Positions 27,793-38,174 of a DNA stretch of 64,000 nt are shown here, piece after piece. Positions within the stretch are counted from its first letter, which is position 1. Every line of letters starts with the position of its first letter. Source of the DNA: Candidatus Multivoradales bacterium (GTDB lineage: Bacteria; Acidobacteriota; Thermoanaerobaculia; Multivoradales; J023); contig CBDFLE010000006.1 in NCBI GenBank assembly GCA_965248925.1, positions 1,760,001 through 1,824,000 on the forward strand, written 5' to 3'. A program made the translations under genes and the position numbers. The notes beneath the pieces are model-generated. The model ran no database searches, had not been told where the DNA came from, and saw only the letters and a list, made by a program, of their open reading frames with translations.

Positions 27793-29207
27793 GCGGCCTC
27801 CTTCGGCCACAGCAGGCTGGCCCCGATGCCGGCGACGAAGCCGCTGACAATGGCCCAGAACGCGGGTAGGAAGCCGAACATCGGCAACCAATCCAGCCAA
27901 CCGGCGACCAGCACTAGATTGCCCACCACCATCGAAACCAGCGCACCGCGAGCGGTGAAGCGGCGCCAACGGACACCGAGCAAAAGGGTCGGGAAGAGGG
28001 TCGTGTAGCCCTCGAAAGCCTTGCGTGAAATGCTGAACACTGAGTTATCCCAGATCATCGCCAAGGCATAAACCACCGCCGCGATAGCCACCGCGAACCA
28101 GCGGCCCACCCACACCTCGGAGACCTTTCGACCACCGCGCAACGGTTCCAGGACATCACGCACCACCATCGAGCTCAGGGTCAGCAGCTGCGCGTCGAGG
28201 GTCGACATCACCGCCGCCAGCACCGCCAGAAAGCCCACCGAGCCGAGGATCGCCGGCATGTGGTTGGCGACCATCAGTTGGAAAATCTGATCCGAGCGCT
28301 CGACCTCCGGAAAAGCCGCTCGACCCCAAACTCCCAGCAACACCACCGGCACCCACAGCACGATCATCGCCAGTGGATACAGCCGGCTCACCCGTTTGAG
28401 AGCGCGTTCGTCCTTGGCCGCCATCAGCCGCACCAGCATGTGGGGAAAGACAATCACCGTCAGCGACACCACCATGCCCCAAGACAGCCACGCCCGCTGA
28501 TCGAAGAGACCACCCGAGCCGACTCTCAACAAGCCCTCGTCGACCTGGCGCACACTCTCCATCGCCGCCCCCAAACCACCCAAAGAGCGCGACACAAAAA
28601 AGAACGCGGCAACCACGAAGAGCAGGAAAAGCGCCCCCTGGAAAACATTGGTCCAGGCCGTGGCGCGCATCCCACCGAGGCTGGTGTAGAGCAGCGCCAC
28701 CAGCACCACCCCCAGAGCCGCCACCCAGGCCGGCAGCTGGCCGCCGCTCGATTGCGACAAGATCAAGCCTGCGCTCTTGACCGCCTGTACCATGTAGGGC
28801 ACGGTGTAGATTGTGTAGAGGGCGAAGAGTAGGTAGCCCACCGCCAGCGAGCCGAGGTGCTTGGCGTAGAGTTCGGCCGGAGTCAGCGCCCCGAGCCGCT
28901 GGCCGATGCGTCGCGCCGGCGAGCCGATGGCCCAGAAAGTCAACGGGATCACCAACGCCACCAGCGGCGCATTGAGGCCAAACACCCCCAATCCCAGGCC
29001 ATAGGCCAGGCCAGGAATGCCCACCAACACGAATGAGGTGTTGTTGGTGCCGAAAAGGGCCATGAACAGCACCACCGTGCCCAGCTTGCGGCCGGCGAGA
29101 AAGTACTCATCCGGCGAACTCGACGCCCGCCGATTGGCCAGGACACCGAGCACCACCACCACGGTGACGTAGATCAGCACCGCCAGTAGAAGATTGGCCA
29201 GCGTCAC
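27789..29207 (-). CDS. sodium:solute symporter family protein
   Basis: EYFLAGR, YTSLGGMRATAWT, AAVMSTLD; ~13 TM segments. Confidence 0.92.
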   Translation of the reverse strand: MTLANLLLAVLIYVTVVVVLGVLANRRASSSPDEYFLAGRKLGTVVLFMALFGTNNTSFVLVGIPGLAYGLGLGVFGLNAPLVALVIPLTFWAIGSPARRIGQRLGALTPAELYAKHLGSLAVGYLLFALYTIYTVPYMVQAVKSAGLILSQSSGGQLPAWVAALGVVLVALLYTSLGGMRATAWTNVFQGALFLLFVVAAFFFVSRSLGGLGAAMESVRQVDEGLLRVGSGGLFDQRAWLSWGMVVSLTVIVFPHMLVRLMAAKDERALKRVSRLYPLAMIVLWVPVVLLGVWGRAAFPEVERSDQIFQLMVANHMPAILGSVGFLAVLAAVMSTLDAQLLTLSSMVVRDVLEPLRGGRKVSEVWVGRWFAVAIAAVVYALAMIWDNSVFSISRKAFEGYTTLFPTLLLGVRWRRFTARGALVSMVVGNLVLVAGWLDWLPMFGFLPAFWAIVSGFVAGIGASLLWPKEAA

Positions 29208-29428
29208 GACTCCTCGCCCTCACCCCAAATTCGGGCGGTGAAGAAAAGCAGAAAAACCCAGGCCATGATCATCCACACCAAGCGGTAGGCCAGTTCCACC
29301 GGCATCCAGCCAAGCACTAACTCGGTGCTGGTTGTGCGGTAGAGATGGGCCGCCACCAGGGCGACCAAGCCCAGGCCGGCCAGCAGCCAGCGGCCGAGCA
29401 TCGGCTGTCGTGCATCTTTCTCCTGCAT
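29204..29428 (-). CDS. small membrane partner of SSS transporter (DUF3311-like)
   Basis: Two TM helices with VLGWMP; overlaps the symporter start. Confidence 0.7.
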   Translation of the reverse strand: MQEKDARQPMLGRWLLAGLGLVALVAAHLYRTTSTELVLGWMPVELAYRLVWMIMAWVFLLFFTARIWGEGEES

Positions 29429-29536
29429 CTAGATCCTCCGGCAAAGCCCGGTGATACTAACGATGAACCTTATAGGGCGACCACCCCGTTCTTTCCACGG
29501 CTGGTTTTCACCCCGCTAAGCCTGAGAGCCCGCCCC

Positions 29537-32176
29537 TCAAACTCCAAGATGTTCGAGCCGCACCAGCGGACCATCGGCCTCGCGCTCGGCATGCAAATCG
29601 ACTGAACCGCCCAGGTACCAGAGATGGTCACCCTCGGGGTCGATCAAGACCTGGCTGACCTGCCAGCTGCGCGGCCCGGTCTTCTCCACTCGGGTGTGCT
29701 GCGTTTGCCGCGCCGCATGGTCGAACTTCAACTTGCCATACTGCTCGAAAAACGGCTCCATTGCGTTCTCGAAGCGTTCTTCGTCCCAACGGTATTCAGC
29801 AGCTTCGGGATCGTCGATCACGCAGCCAGTAGCCGCCGACCACTCGCCTTGGGACAAGCAACGCACCAACTCGTGCAACTCAGCCCGCACTCGCGAGGTG
29901 AAGGCACGATTGTCGTGCAACAGCTCATAAAGCCATAAGTCGCGGCGCGCCTGCTCACTCTTCTCCGGCTTCTCAAGGGCCAGTTCCGGATGCAGCAGAC
30001 TCTGCCACTCCTCGAGTAAGCTGGTGTCAATACGTTCGATCATAGTGCGGAAGTAGGCTAAGACGTCATAAACCTCAGCGGTTTGTGAACGTTCGGGCAC
30101 ACTCTGGCTGAGAGTCTTGTAAAACTGACTCAGATAGCGCACCAAAACCCCCTCTGAGCGCTGCAAGCCATAGAGGCGCACGTAGTCTTGGAAGCTGGCG
30201 TAACGTTCGTACAGATCGCGAGCGATCCCTTTCGGGCTGACATCAGCGCCGCGCACCCAGGGATGGGCGCGGCGGAAAGTATCAAAAGCAGTATCGATCT
30301 CGGCCGCGTTGGGCATCGGATAGATCACTTCGTCGAGCTTCTCCATGCGTTCTTCGTAAGGCACTCCCTGGGCCTTTAGCCGGGCCACCAGATCGCCGCG
30401 TAACTTGTCGACCTGACGCCGCAAGATGATCCGCGGATCTTCGAGGATCGACTCCACCAAGCTGACCACATCGAGGGCATAGGTTTCACTCTCCTTATCG
30501 AGATCTTCGAGGGTCTCGACCAAGAAAAGAGACAGCACCTGGAAGAGGGAGAAGTCCCACTGCAAATCCTCGTTGACCACGGCCCAGAGGTAGTTCGAAT
30601 CGGTATCGCGAGCCATCTTGATCACCCCCGAGCGATACAGCGAGCGCACCAGAACAGCCGCTTCTTGCAGCAACCGTTGCTTGCTCTGATCGTCCTCGTG
30701 GCAGTCGCGTAGAATCTGCCGCAGGGTGGAGAAATTACCCGCTCCAGGATCGTTGAGTTCGGCGTCGTGTTGCAGCAAGTTGAGCAACATGCCATGGGAG
30801 AGCTTGAAACGCGACTTGAGGGTCTCGGGCGGACGGTCGATCAACCGCCTGAAGGTCTGCTCGTTCCAGCTCACTTCCTTCTCGCCCGGACGGCCAGGGC
30901 GGCGACCGGCAGGCTTGGACTTCTTTTTCTTCTTACCCTTGGCGGCCGCTTTCCTGTCGCGAATGACCTGCTCCGGCGCCTGGCACACCACCCAGCCGTG
31001 GTCGTCGAATCCGCGGCGACCCGCACGACCGGCGATCTGCTTGAAGTCGCGCACCTTGAGCAAGCTCACCTTACGACCGTCGTACTTGGCCAGCTTGGTG
31101 AACAACACGGTGCGGATAGGAATGTTGACCCCGACTCCCAGCGTGTCGGTACCGCAGATCACCCGCATTAGCCCCTGCTGGGCCAATTGCTCGACCAGCA
31201 GTCGGTATTTGGGCAAGAGACCCGCGTGGTGGACGCCAACACCGAAACTCAGGAAGCGGCGAAACTCCTTGCCATAGGGAGTGTCGAAGCGGAAGCCGGC
31301 AATCTGCTGAGCAATTGCACGCCGCACCTCCTTGCTCGCCACTTGCCCGCAAGTCAGTGCCTGGGCCAGCTCGGCGCACTCGCGCTGGGTGAAGTTGACG
31401 ATGTAGATCGGCGCGCGGTCAGCCTCCAGCAGCTCCTCAACGGTGCGGTGCAGAGGCGTTTCGCGATAGTCGAACTCAAGCGGCACCGGGCGTTCGTCAG
31501 AGTAGACATGGGCCACCTCGATGCCGCCCTGGCGCTCCATCCGTTCGGTGATCGGCCGGGTATTGCCCAGAGTTGCCGACATCAGCAAGAAGCGGGTATC
31601 GGGCAGGGTCAGAAGCGGCACCTGCCAGGCCACGCCGCGGTCAGGGTCGGCGTAGTAGTGGAACTCGTCCATCACGACATAGGCGGCACCCACCTCGGCA
31701 CCCTGGCGCAGAGCCATATTCGACAGCACCTCGGCCGTGCAGCACACCACCATCGCCGACGAGTTGATGTTGGCATCGCCGGTCTTCATACCGACATTGT
31801 CAGCCCCCAGGTTGTCGCAGAGATCGAAGAACTTCTCGCTCGCCAATGCCTTGATCGGACTGGTGTAGAACGACCGCTTGCCCTCGCACATTGCCTTGAA
31901 ATGCATGCCCAGCGCCACCAGCGACTTGCCCGAGCCAGTGGGGGTGTTGAGCACCACATGGCGGCCGGCCATGATTTCCAGCAGCGCCTCTTCCTGCGCC
32001 GGATAGAGCTCAAAACCATAGTCCGCCACCCAGGAGAGGAAGCGATCGAGAATTTCGTCCACATCGTCGATCGGCGCCGCCGGCAGACGATCCTTCAACC
32101 GAGGCTTGGCACTAGACTTCCGGGTCGAGGCGGCGGGAGACGGGACGGGGCTTGGTTTTTCTTCGTTGGTGATCAC
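29537..32176 (-). CDS. Ski2-like DEAD/DEAH helicase with DUF3516
   Basis: PTGSGKS, DEFH, MSAT, HHAGLLPKYR, QIAGRAGRRG; C-terminal RSEGVLVRYLS, SLLEEW. Confidence 0.92.
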   Translation of the reverse strand: MITNEEKPSPVPSPAASTRKSSAKPRLKDRLPAAPIDDVDEILDRFLSWVADYGFELYPAQEEALLEIMAGRHVVLNTPTGSGKSLVALGMHFKAMCEGKRSFYTSPIKALASEKFFDLCDNLGADNVGMKTGDANINSSAMVVCCTAEVLSNMALRQGAEVGAAYVVMDEFHYYADPDRGVAWQVPLLTLPDTRFLLMSATLGNTRPITERMERQGGIEVAHVYSDERPVPLEFDYRETPLHRTVEELLEADRAPIYIVNFTQRECAELAQALTCGQVASKEVRRAIAQQIAGFRFDTPYGKEFRRFLSFGVGVHHAGLLPKYRLLVEQLAQQGLMRVICGTDTLGVGVNIPIRTVLFTKLAKYDGRKVSLLKVRDFKQIAGRAGRRGFDDHGWVVCQAPEQVIRDRKAAAKGKKKKKSKPAGRRPGRPGEKEVSWNEQTFRRLIDRPPETLKSRFKLSHGMLLNLLQHDAELNDPGAGNFSTLRQILRDCHEDDQSKQRLLQEAAVLVRSLYRSGVIKMARDTDSNYLWAVVNEDLQWDFSLFQVLSLFLVETLEDLDKESETYALDVVSLVESILEDPRIILRRQVDKLRGDLVARLKAQGVPYEERMEKLDEVIYPMPNAAEIDTAFDTFRRAHPWVRGADVSPKGIARDLYERYASFQDYVRLYGLQRSEGVLVRYLSQFYKTLSQSVPERSQTAEVYDVLAYFRTMIERIDTSLLEEWQSLLHPELALEKPEKSEQARRDLWLYELLHDNRAFTSRVRAELHELVRCLSQGEWSAATGCVIDDPEAAEYRWDEERFENAMEPFFEQYGKLKFDHAARQTQHTRVEKTGPRSWQVSQVLIDPEGDHLWYLGGSVDLHAEREADGPLVRLEHLGV

Positions 32177-32271
32177 CCGGCGATGCTAGCAGGCCCGGCG
32201 CAAGCTCGATCATCAGACCCAGTTTCCGATAGGCTCTGGCGGCGGCTACTCCGACCGCCTGACGCTGCGCT

Positions 32272-33996
32272 ATGAAGATCAAACACCGCACACTCCTACT
32301 GGCAATGGCCAGCCTCCTTACCACCTTGGTGCGGGCCGAGAGTGAAGATCGTCCACAAGCTGCTTTCGGCGATCATGTGGAGGTCAACCTGATTAACCTG
32401 GAGGTGGTGATCAGCCGCGATGGCGAGCCTGTGCATGGCCTGACGGTCGAGGACTTCATCGTCTTAGACGACGGCCAAGCGGTGGAGATCACCAATTTCT
32501 ATGCCATCGAGGAAAGCCGAAGGCGGCTGCCAGTAGATGCCGGTGAAAGCACTGGCGATGCTGCGGAGAACCCTGAGATCGAGCCCTTCGACTTGGTGAT
32601 CCTGGTGGACGATCGCTTCCTCACCAGTCGCAGCCGCGGCCTTCTCCTGGGCTTGGTGAGTGAGCAGCTCGATTCTCTTCTGGCCGCCGGTGCCAGGATT
32701 CTGGTGGCCCGGCAGGATCGTGGCGTGATCGTCGAACAACCCTTGACCGCCGACCGCGCGGCCCTGGCCAGCACTCTCGACCGTCTAGCCAAAAGTCCCG
32801 GCAGCCTGGCTCTGGGGCGCGCCGCCGGGCGCTCGTTGCAAATCCAAATACGCAACGGACCGCTGCCCAGCGTCAACACGGTGGACGCTTCCGGGCGCGC
32901 CGACATGGTCGAGCACCTTGCGGCGGTGCTGTGGGGGCAGATCCTCGGTCACATTCAAGAGGTACGGGTCGAGGTCAGCCGTTCGAACCGTTCGCTGGAA
33001 CGTTTCCTCGGCTCGATGGCCGGCCTGCCGCGGCGCAAAGCCATGCTCTATCTCTGCGATCAGCTGCCGGTTCGACCTGGCGAACAGCTGGTCGAAGAAT
33101 GGTGGACCAAGTACGGCCAGGCTTTTGGACTGTCTAACAACGTGCACTCCCCCGAGGAAGTGCTGCAACGCGTCGACGCCGGCATTGAGTTCGCTCAACT
33201 AGCCGCCAGTGCCAGCGCGGCACGGGTGGCCCTCTATTCCATGGGCGACTTGCCCAGTCTGGCGGGCGGTTCGGGTGTCGAACTCAGCTCCGCCTCTCGA
33301 CGCGGCCGAGGAGGTTTTGGCCCCTTGGCCGCTGACGCTGCGGGTCTCGGGCTGCTGGCCAGCACCAGCGGCGGTCGTCGCAGCCACAGCTTGGGCCTCG
33401 GAGCCGAGTTGCTCGGCCAGCTGCAGCATGATCTTTCGAGTTACTACTCCCTGGCCTATCCGTCGCCCCACGGCGGCGACGATGGCAACCACCACGTCGA
33501 GATCAAGCTGCGCGATGCGGATCTTCGCCTCCATCACCTGGCCAACTACCACGACAAGAATGCCCAGCAGCAGATGCGCGATCGCACCCTGGCGGCGCTT
33601 TATTTTGCCAACACTGAGAATCGGCTCGAGGCACGGGTAGAGATAGACAGCATCGAAGAGACCGAGAAAGATCGCTTCGCGGTGTCGATCACCGTCCTTT
33701 GGCCGTTGGCCAATCTGGTGCTGCTGCCCCGCGGTGGGAGCCATTTCGGCCGACTGTCGATCCTCATCATGGCCCGCGATGAGAGCGGCAGGATTTCTGA
33801 CCCCGCGACTTTCGAGGTGCCGATCGAAATCCCTAACCCACAGCTGCTGGCGGCGATGGCCAACGATGCCTCGTTCACCACCCGCCTGGTGATGCGCGGC
33901 GGCGAACAGGTCTTGGTGGTGGGCATCCGTGACGACGTTGGCGGCGAAAACTCAAGCCTGCGCCTGCCGCTGCGGGTCGGCAAGCGGCGGCGATGA
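32272..33996 (+). CDS. secreted VWA-related protein (Acidobacteria type)
   Basis: FGDHVEVNLINLEV..GLTVEDF..EITNF; RKAMLY; SGG; YYSLAY. Confidence 0.85.
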   Translation: MKIKHRTLLLAMASLLTTLVRAESEDRPQAAFGDHVEVNLINLEVVISRDGEPVHGLTVEDFIVLDDGQAVEITNFYAIEESRRRLPVDAGESTGDAAENPEIEPFDLVILVDDRFLTSRSRGLLLGLVSEQLDSLLAAGARILVARQDRGVIVEQPLTADRAALASTLDRLAKSPGSLALGRAAGRSLQIQIRNGPLPSVNTVDASGRADMVEHLAAVLWGQILGHIQEVRVEVSRSNRSLERFLGSMAGLPRRKAMLYLCDQLPVRPGEQLVEEWWTKYGQAFGLSNNVHSPEEVLQRVDAGIEFAQLAASASAARVALYSMGDLPSLAGGSGVELSSASRRGRGGFGPLAADAAGLGLLASTSGGRRSHSLGLGAELLGQLQHDLSSYYSLAYPSPHGGDDGNHHVEIKLRDADLRLHHLANYHDKNAQQQMRDRTLAALYFANTENRLEARVEIDSIEETEKDRFAVSITVLWPLANLVLLPRGGSHFGRLSILIMARDESGRISDPATFEVPIEIPNPQLLAAMANDASFTTRLVMRGGEQVLVVGIRDDVGGENSSLRLPLRVGKRRR

Positions 33997-34003
33997 AGAG
34001 GTG

Positions 34004-36067
34004 ATGAGAATCCGGCTCAAGCTCCGGGGCGTCTCCCTCGTCAGCGGCGCTCTCCTGCTCGCCATGCTGCCGGGGTGGCTGGCAGTCGAAGCGCAGGAGC
34101 CACGAGCCAAGCCGTTGATCGGCCTCAAAGGAGAGGTGGCGAGTTTGATCCTCGGCGGTCGACCAGGGGGCGCCTTCGGCATCTCGGCGGTGGCCCTGCC
34201 ATCACTCACCAAATCGGGCAGCGCCGAACTCTGGCTGGAGATCAACGGCGCGGAGCTACTCGCCGCGGCAAGCGGCGAGATGCAACCGAGCGCTAGCCTG
34301 AAACTGGAGATCTACGCCTACGCCGTGGACTCCAAGGACCAAGTGCCTGGATATCTTGCAGAGAGCTTCACCATCGATCTGGAGCCGTGGGGCGAGTTCT
34401 TACTCACCACTGGCGTGCGTTTCTCCGGCCATCTCGACGGCCTGGAGCCCGGTAGCTACCGGCTGCGAGTGCTAGTGCGCCTACTCGGCGAGCCGGGGGC
34501 AAGCGCCCTGCGCCAACTCGAACTGCTCATCCCTGATGACGCTGAGCCCCGGCAAGCGCTGGCCCTGTCGCTTCCGGGCAGCGAGGAGGGCTGGCTGAGA
34601 GTCACGGCGAGTGCTCCGCGGGCATTGACCACCGCCAGCATCCCAGCCGCCTTGCCGCTGCTCTATTCCGGTCGCTCGATCGGAGTTGAGCTGCTCACCG
34701 GCGGTACCCACAGCAGCGACACCCACAGCAGCGACGGCGCCACCGCCCGCTTGCTCGCGGCTACCGACCAGGAGCCACGGACGGTCGGCGAAGCAAGGCT
34801 TGCTTGGACCGCCGTCGTTACCCGCAATAAGTTCGGTCAAGTCCGGCAGGCTCGAATCGATTTGCCACCAATAGCTGCCGGCGTCTACTGGTTGGAGATC
34901 GAATTCGACAACGGCACCCGGACCCCAAGACGCCAGGTCATGGTGCTGGCTGGCGACCTCGCCCAACAGGCCAGCAGCTGGCCACTGGCGCTGCGCCTGG
35001 CGACGACGGTCTCTTCCGCCATGCCGCGCCGCGAAGCCACCTCCGGCAGCGGCTCCAGCAAACCCGTTCCTCGGCAACAGCGCCGCTACCAGAAGGCATA
35101 TCTCGAAGTACTCGATTCCCTGGCTAGTGGTGCTAGCAAGCTGGCGGCGGAGCAATTGAGCCTTCTCGAGCAAGCCGCCACCCGGCAACACCAGGGGCAT
35201 TGGGGGCCGCTGGCGGCACAGTTGCAAGAGTTCCACCAACGTCTCGCCCGGCAACACCCCGAAAGCCTGCCGCCGATCTTGCTGCTGCACCTCGACCAGC
35301 ACGCCCGCCATGCCCGCGCTCGGCGTTTTCCCTTCGCCGCCGCCAACCGGCAAATGATCACTCAGTTAGCCCGGCTCTACGCCACTTCCTCGACCAGTGG
35401 CCAAGCGCCGGCGCTGGCCGCGCGAGCACTGGCCGGGCTCGGCATCTACCTGCAAGCAGCCAGCCTCTGGGACCCCGGCGGCGAGCTGCTGAAAGAAGCG
35501 CTGACCCTGGATCCTGAGTGCCCCTCGGCACTGTTGCAACTGGCGATCTTTCACGAGGCCCATGGACGCTATGCCGCGGCCGTGCCCTACCTGCGGCAGC
35601 TGGTGGCCAGCAGCGCCGCTCTCGAACCTCGGGTCAGATTGGCCCTAAGCCTGCGGCGCCTCGGTCGACAGAAGAGGGCCGAGAAGCTGCTGCGGGCGGT
35701 GGTCGATGAGTTCGGTCACGGCAACGATCCCTACCTGGTGATCGCCTATCAGGAGTTGGCCAGGCTATACCTGGGCAGCAGCCGAACCGACGACGCCGGC
35801 AGCTTGTTGGACGCCGCCATCGGCCGCTTGCCGCAAGCTTCTCGACTGCGACTGCAGCGGGCTTTCGTCTTTGAGCAGCAGGGTCGGAGTGCCGAGAGCC
35901 GTGCCTTGTTGGCGACGGTGAGCCCCGCGGCCAGCACCCCCTCGGCGCGCTTTCTTTATAACCGCAGCTGGCAGCAGCAGGCTAGGCAACCGCGGCACCG
36001 ACTGCAACGGGGCGCCCACGCTCGGCTGGCGGTGCTGGCGGCAGCGTTGACCGATGAGACCGACTGA
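34004..36067 (+). CDS. secreted protein with C-terminal TPR repeats
   Basis: Signal peptide; beta-rich N-terminal region (PGSYRLRVLVR); helical TPR-like C-terminus. Confidence 0.75.
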   Translation: MRIRLKLRGVSLVSGALLLAMLPGWLAVEAQEPRAKPLIGLKGEVASLILGGRPGGAFGISAVALPSLTKSGSAELWLEINGAELLAAASGEMQPSASLKLEIYAYAVDSKDQVPGYLAESFTIDLEPWGEFLLTTGVRFSGHLDGLEPGSYRLRVLVRLLGEPGASALRQLELLIPDDAEPRQALALSLPGSEEGWLRVTASAPRALTTASIPAALPLLYSGRSIGVELLTGGTHSSDTHSSDGATARLLAATDQEPRTVGEARLAWTAVVTRNKFGQVRQARIDLPPIAAGVYWLEIEFDNGTRTPRRQVMVLAGDLAQQASSWPLALRLATTVSSAMPRREATSGSGSSKPVPRQQRRYQKAYLEVLDSLASGASKLAAEQLSLLEQAATRQHQGHWGPLAAQLQEFHQRLARQHPESLPPILLLHLDQHARHARARRFPFAAANRQMITQLARLYATSSTSGQAPALAARALAGLGIYLQAASLWDPGGELLKEALTLDPECPSALLQLAIFHEAHGRYAAAVPYLRQLVASSAALEPRVRLALSLRRLGRQKRAEKLLRAVVDEFGHGNDPYLVIAYQELARLYLGSSRTDDAGSLLDAAIGRLPQASRLRLQRAFVFEQQGRSAESRALLATVSPAASTPSARFLYNRSWQQQARQPRHRLQRGAHARLAVLAAALTDETD

Positions 36068-37260
36068 TGGCTGGCCGGCGACGCTCTCTGCTCTGCTTGA
36101 TCGCTGGTGTTTGGCTGGCGGCTTCCGCAGCGGCGGTCGATATCTTCGTCAGAAGCCCGCAACAGGGAGTACCCCTGTTCGGCAGCGTCGAGTTGGAGGT
36201 AGAGATCTTGAGCGGCACACCGCTGCAGGAAGTGGTGGTGGAACTCGATGGCGTTCTCGTCGGCCAGCGGTCCGCGCCGCCTTTTCGCTGGACGGTGCAA
36301 CTCGGCGAAGACAATCGCCAGAAAGTGATCACCATCCGCGCACGTTCTACCGCCGGCGAAGTCGCCGAGCGCCGAGTGGTGATCCCTCCCCTCACCGTCG
36401 ACCAAGAGGTCGACCTCGGTCTGCAACAGCTCTATGTCACCGTCGACCGCGGCGGCCGGCGGTTGCTGAGCCTTGATCGCGATGTCTTTCGCCTGTTCGA
36501 CGATGGGCAACGGCAGGAGATCATCACTTTCGAACGGGGCAATGTGCCGCTGAGCGCCATCCTGCTGATCGATTCCAGCTGGAGCATGCGTGGCGCAGCG
36601 CTGGCGACGGCGCTGGCCGGGGCTCGTGCCTTCGTCGCCGGCCTGCACCAGCTCGACCGTGCCAAGGTGATGTTGTTCTCTGATCGGCTGCTCGCCGAAA
36701 CCTCGTTCACCGCCGACCCGGCCGCCATCCGCGGGGCGCTGGTTGGGGCCGTCGCGGCAGGCGGCACAGCCATCAACGACCACTTATTCCAAGCCCTGAG
36801 CCGACTGGAGGTCGAGCAAGGCCGGCGGGTCGTGATCTTGCTCAGCGACGGACTCGATGTCGAAAGCGTGCTCGACACCCAAGACCTGCGCAACGCGGCA
36901 AACTACACCCAAGCGCAGCTGTACTGGATCCGCACCGGCGGCGGTGAGCTGCGACGGGGGCGCAACTACTCTGCTTGGCGCGACGCCGATAGCCACGCCG
37001 CGGAACTCCTGGCGCTGGCAGAAATGGTCCGCGCGAGCGGTGGCCAGATCCTCGATATTGACCGCCTCGAGAACACCAGCGCGGCCTTCAGCGAGATCCT
37101 CGCCGAACTCCGCGAACAGTACGTCTTCGGCTACTACCCGACCGTCGATCGTAACGACGGATCGTGGCACCGGGTGAAAGTCGTCGCCAACAGTCGCGGC
37201 GCCAAAGTTCGTACTCGGGCGGGCTATTTCGACGGCCGGCCACGGCCGGCTCCGCCTTAG
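36067..37260 (+). CDS. Ig-like + VWA domain protein
   Basis: MIDAS LIDSSWSM, GGTAIND, LLSDGLD; ELREQYVFGYYP. Confidence 0.88.
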   Translation: MAGRRRSLLCLIAGVWLAASAAAVDIFVRSPQQGVPLFGSVELEVEILSGTPLQEVVVELDGVLVGQRSAPPFRWTVQLGEDNRQKVITIRARSTAGEVAERRVVIPPLTVDQEVDLGLQQLYVTVDRGGRRLLSLDRDVFRLFDDGQRQEIITFERGNVPLSAILLIDSSWSMRGAALATALAGARAFVAGLHQLDRAKVMLFSDRLLAETSFTADPAAIRGALVGAVAAGGTAINDHLFQALSRLEVEQGRRVVILLSDGLDVESVLDTQDLRNAANYTQAQLYWIRTGGGELRRGRNYSAWRDADSHAAELLALAEMVRASGGQILDIDRLENTSAAFSEILAELREQYVFGYYPTVDRNDGSWHRVKVVANSRGAKVRTRAGYFDGRPRPAPP

Positions 37261-37418
37261 CACATGTAAGCGCCACCAGCGGAGCTGGCAGGCCGCGCCT
37301 ACTCGATCACAGAACCCTGACTACCTCATTCTGCCCCTGCAGTGACCGCTGCCGGCAGCAGACGCCAACAGTAGGGACCTTGGTCGGTAAGGATCAGGAT
37401 CTTCGGCCTTGAGTCGCC

Positions 37419-37790
37419 TCACATCAAGATTGGCAAAGTCCGGACCCGAATCCGCGAAGGCTCCAAGACGACGACCGAGCCTCGGTCGATGTCATTTTCA
37501 ATCGTTTCTAGATTCGCTAGCAGAAGAGCTACTTGACCTGCAGGCCGCCGCTCCGCCCGTCGACGAAACAGCACCACCGAGGGCTTCGAGGTCGCACGCT
37601 GAGCCAGGATCGTTGCGAAATCGGTATCGGCAGAGACCACCGTCCGATCCTCCGCTGCGGCGCGATCGAAGATAGTGGGGTCATCCGCAGCGGCAAGTCC
37701 TAGCTCGCGAACGTGGACAGCATCGTATCCCGCTTCCCGTAGAGCTCGAGCGATCACCGGCGACAAAGCGTTGTCGATCAGAAACTTCAC
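37419..37790 (-). CDS. DUF5615 PIN-like toxin
   Basis: [28 protein letters not shown]. Confidence 0.9.
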   Translation of the reverse strand: MKFLIDNALSPVIARALREAGYDAVHVRELGLAAADDPTIFDRAAAEDRTVVSADTDFATILAQRATSKPSVVLFRRRAERRPAGQVALLLANLETIENDIDRGSVVVLEPSRIRVRTLPILM

Positions 37791-38017
37791 GAGGCCAAGG
37801 CAAGAGGCAACTCGCGCTCCTGGACGGCCTGAGCAGCGAAATACAGGGCTTGGCGGATATCCTCGGACTCAAGATCGGGGTACGCCTCGAGGATCTCTTC
37901 CTCGCTCATCCGGTCAGCAATCATGGCGACGACCGTCGCCACTGGAATCCGCAGACCGCGAATGCAAGGTACTCCGCCCATCTTGTTTGGATCGACCGCA
38001 ATCCGAGTCATGTTCAT
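37787..38017 (-). CDS. DUF433 antitoxin
   Basis: [37 protein letters not shown]. Confidence 0.92.
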   Translation of the reverse strand: MNMTRIAVDPNKMGGVPCIRGLRIPVATVVAMIADRMSEEEILEAYPDLESEDIRQALYFAAQAVQERELPLALAS

Positions 38018-38174
38018 GCTGGCCTCCTTCGTGTCAGCCCGAGTCTAGCAGAGCCCCCAAGCAGCAGTGGGTGCCTACAGGCATCCCATGCAGTGCGAAA
38101 AGACCTTCCTGCTTGGGTCCGGCGCATTGGCCGTATCAGCCATGGGGAAAACACCAACGACTCGCTGTGAAAGT

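Noticed and set aside
34706-34735. Perfect 15-bp tandem duplication (THSSD x2)
   Set aside because: An in-frame slippage duplication in a linker, with no sign of function.
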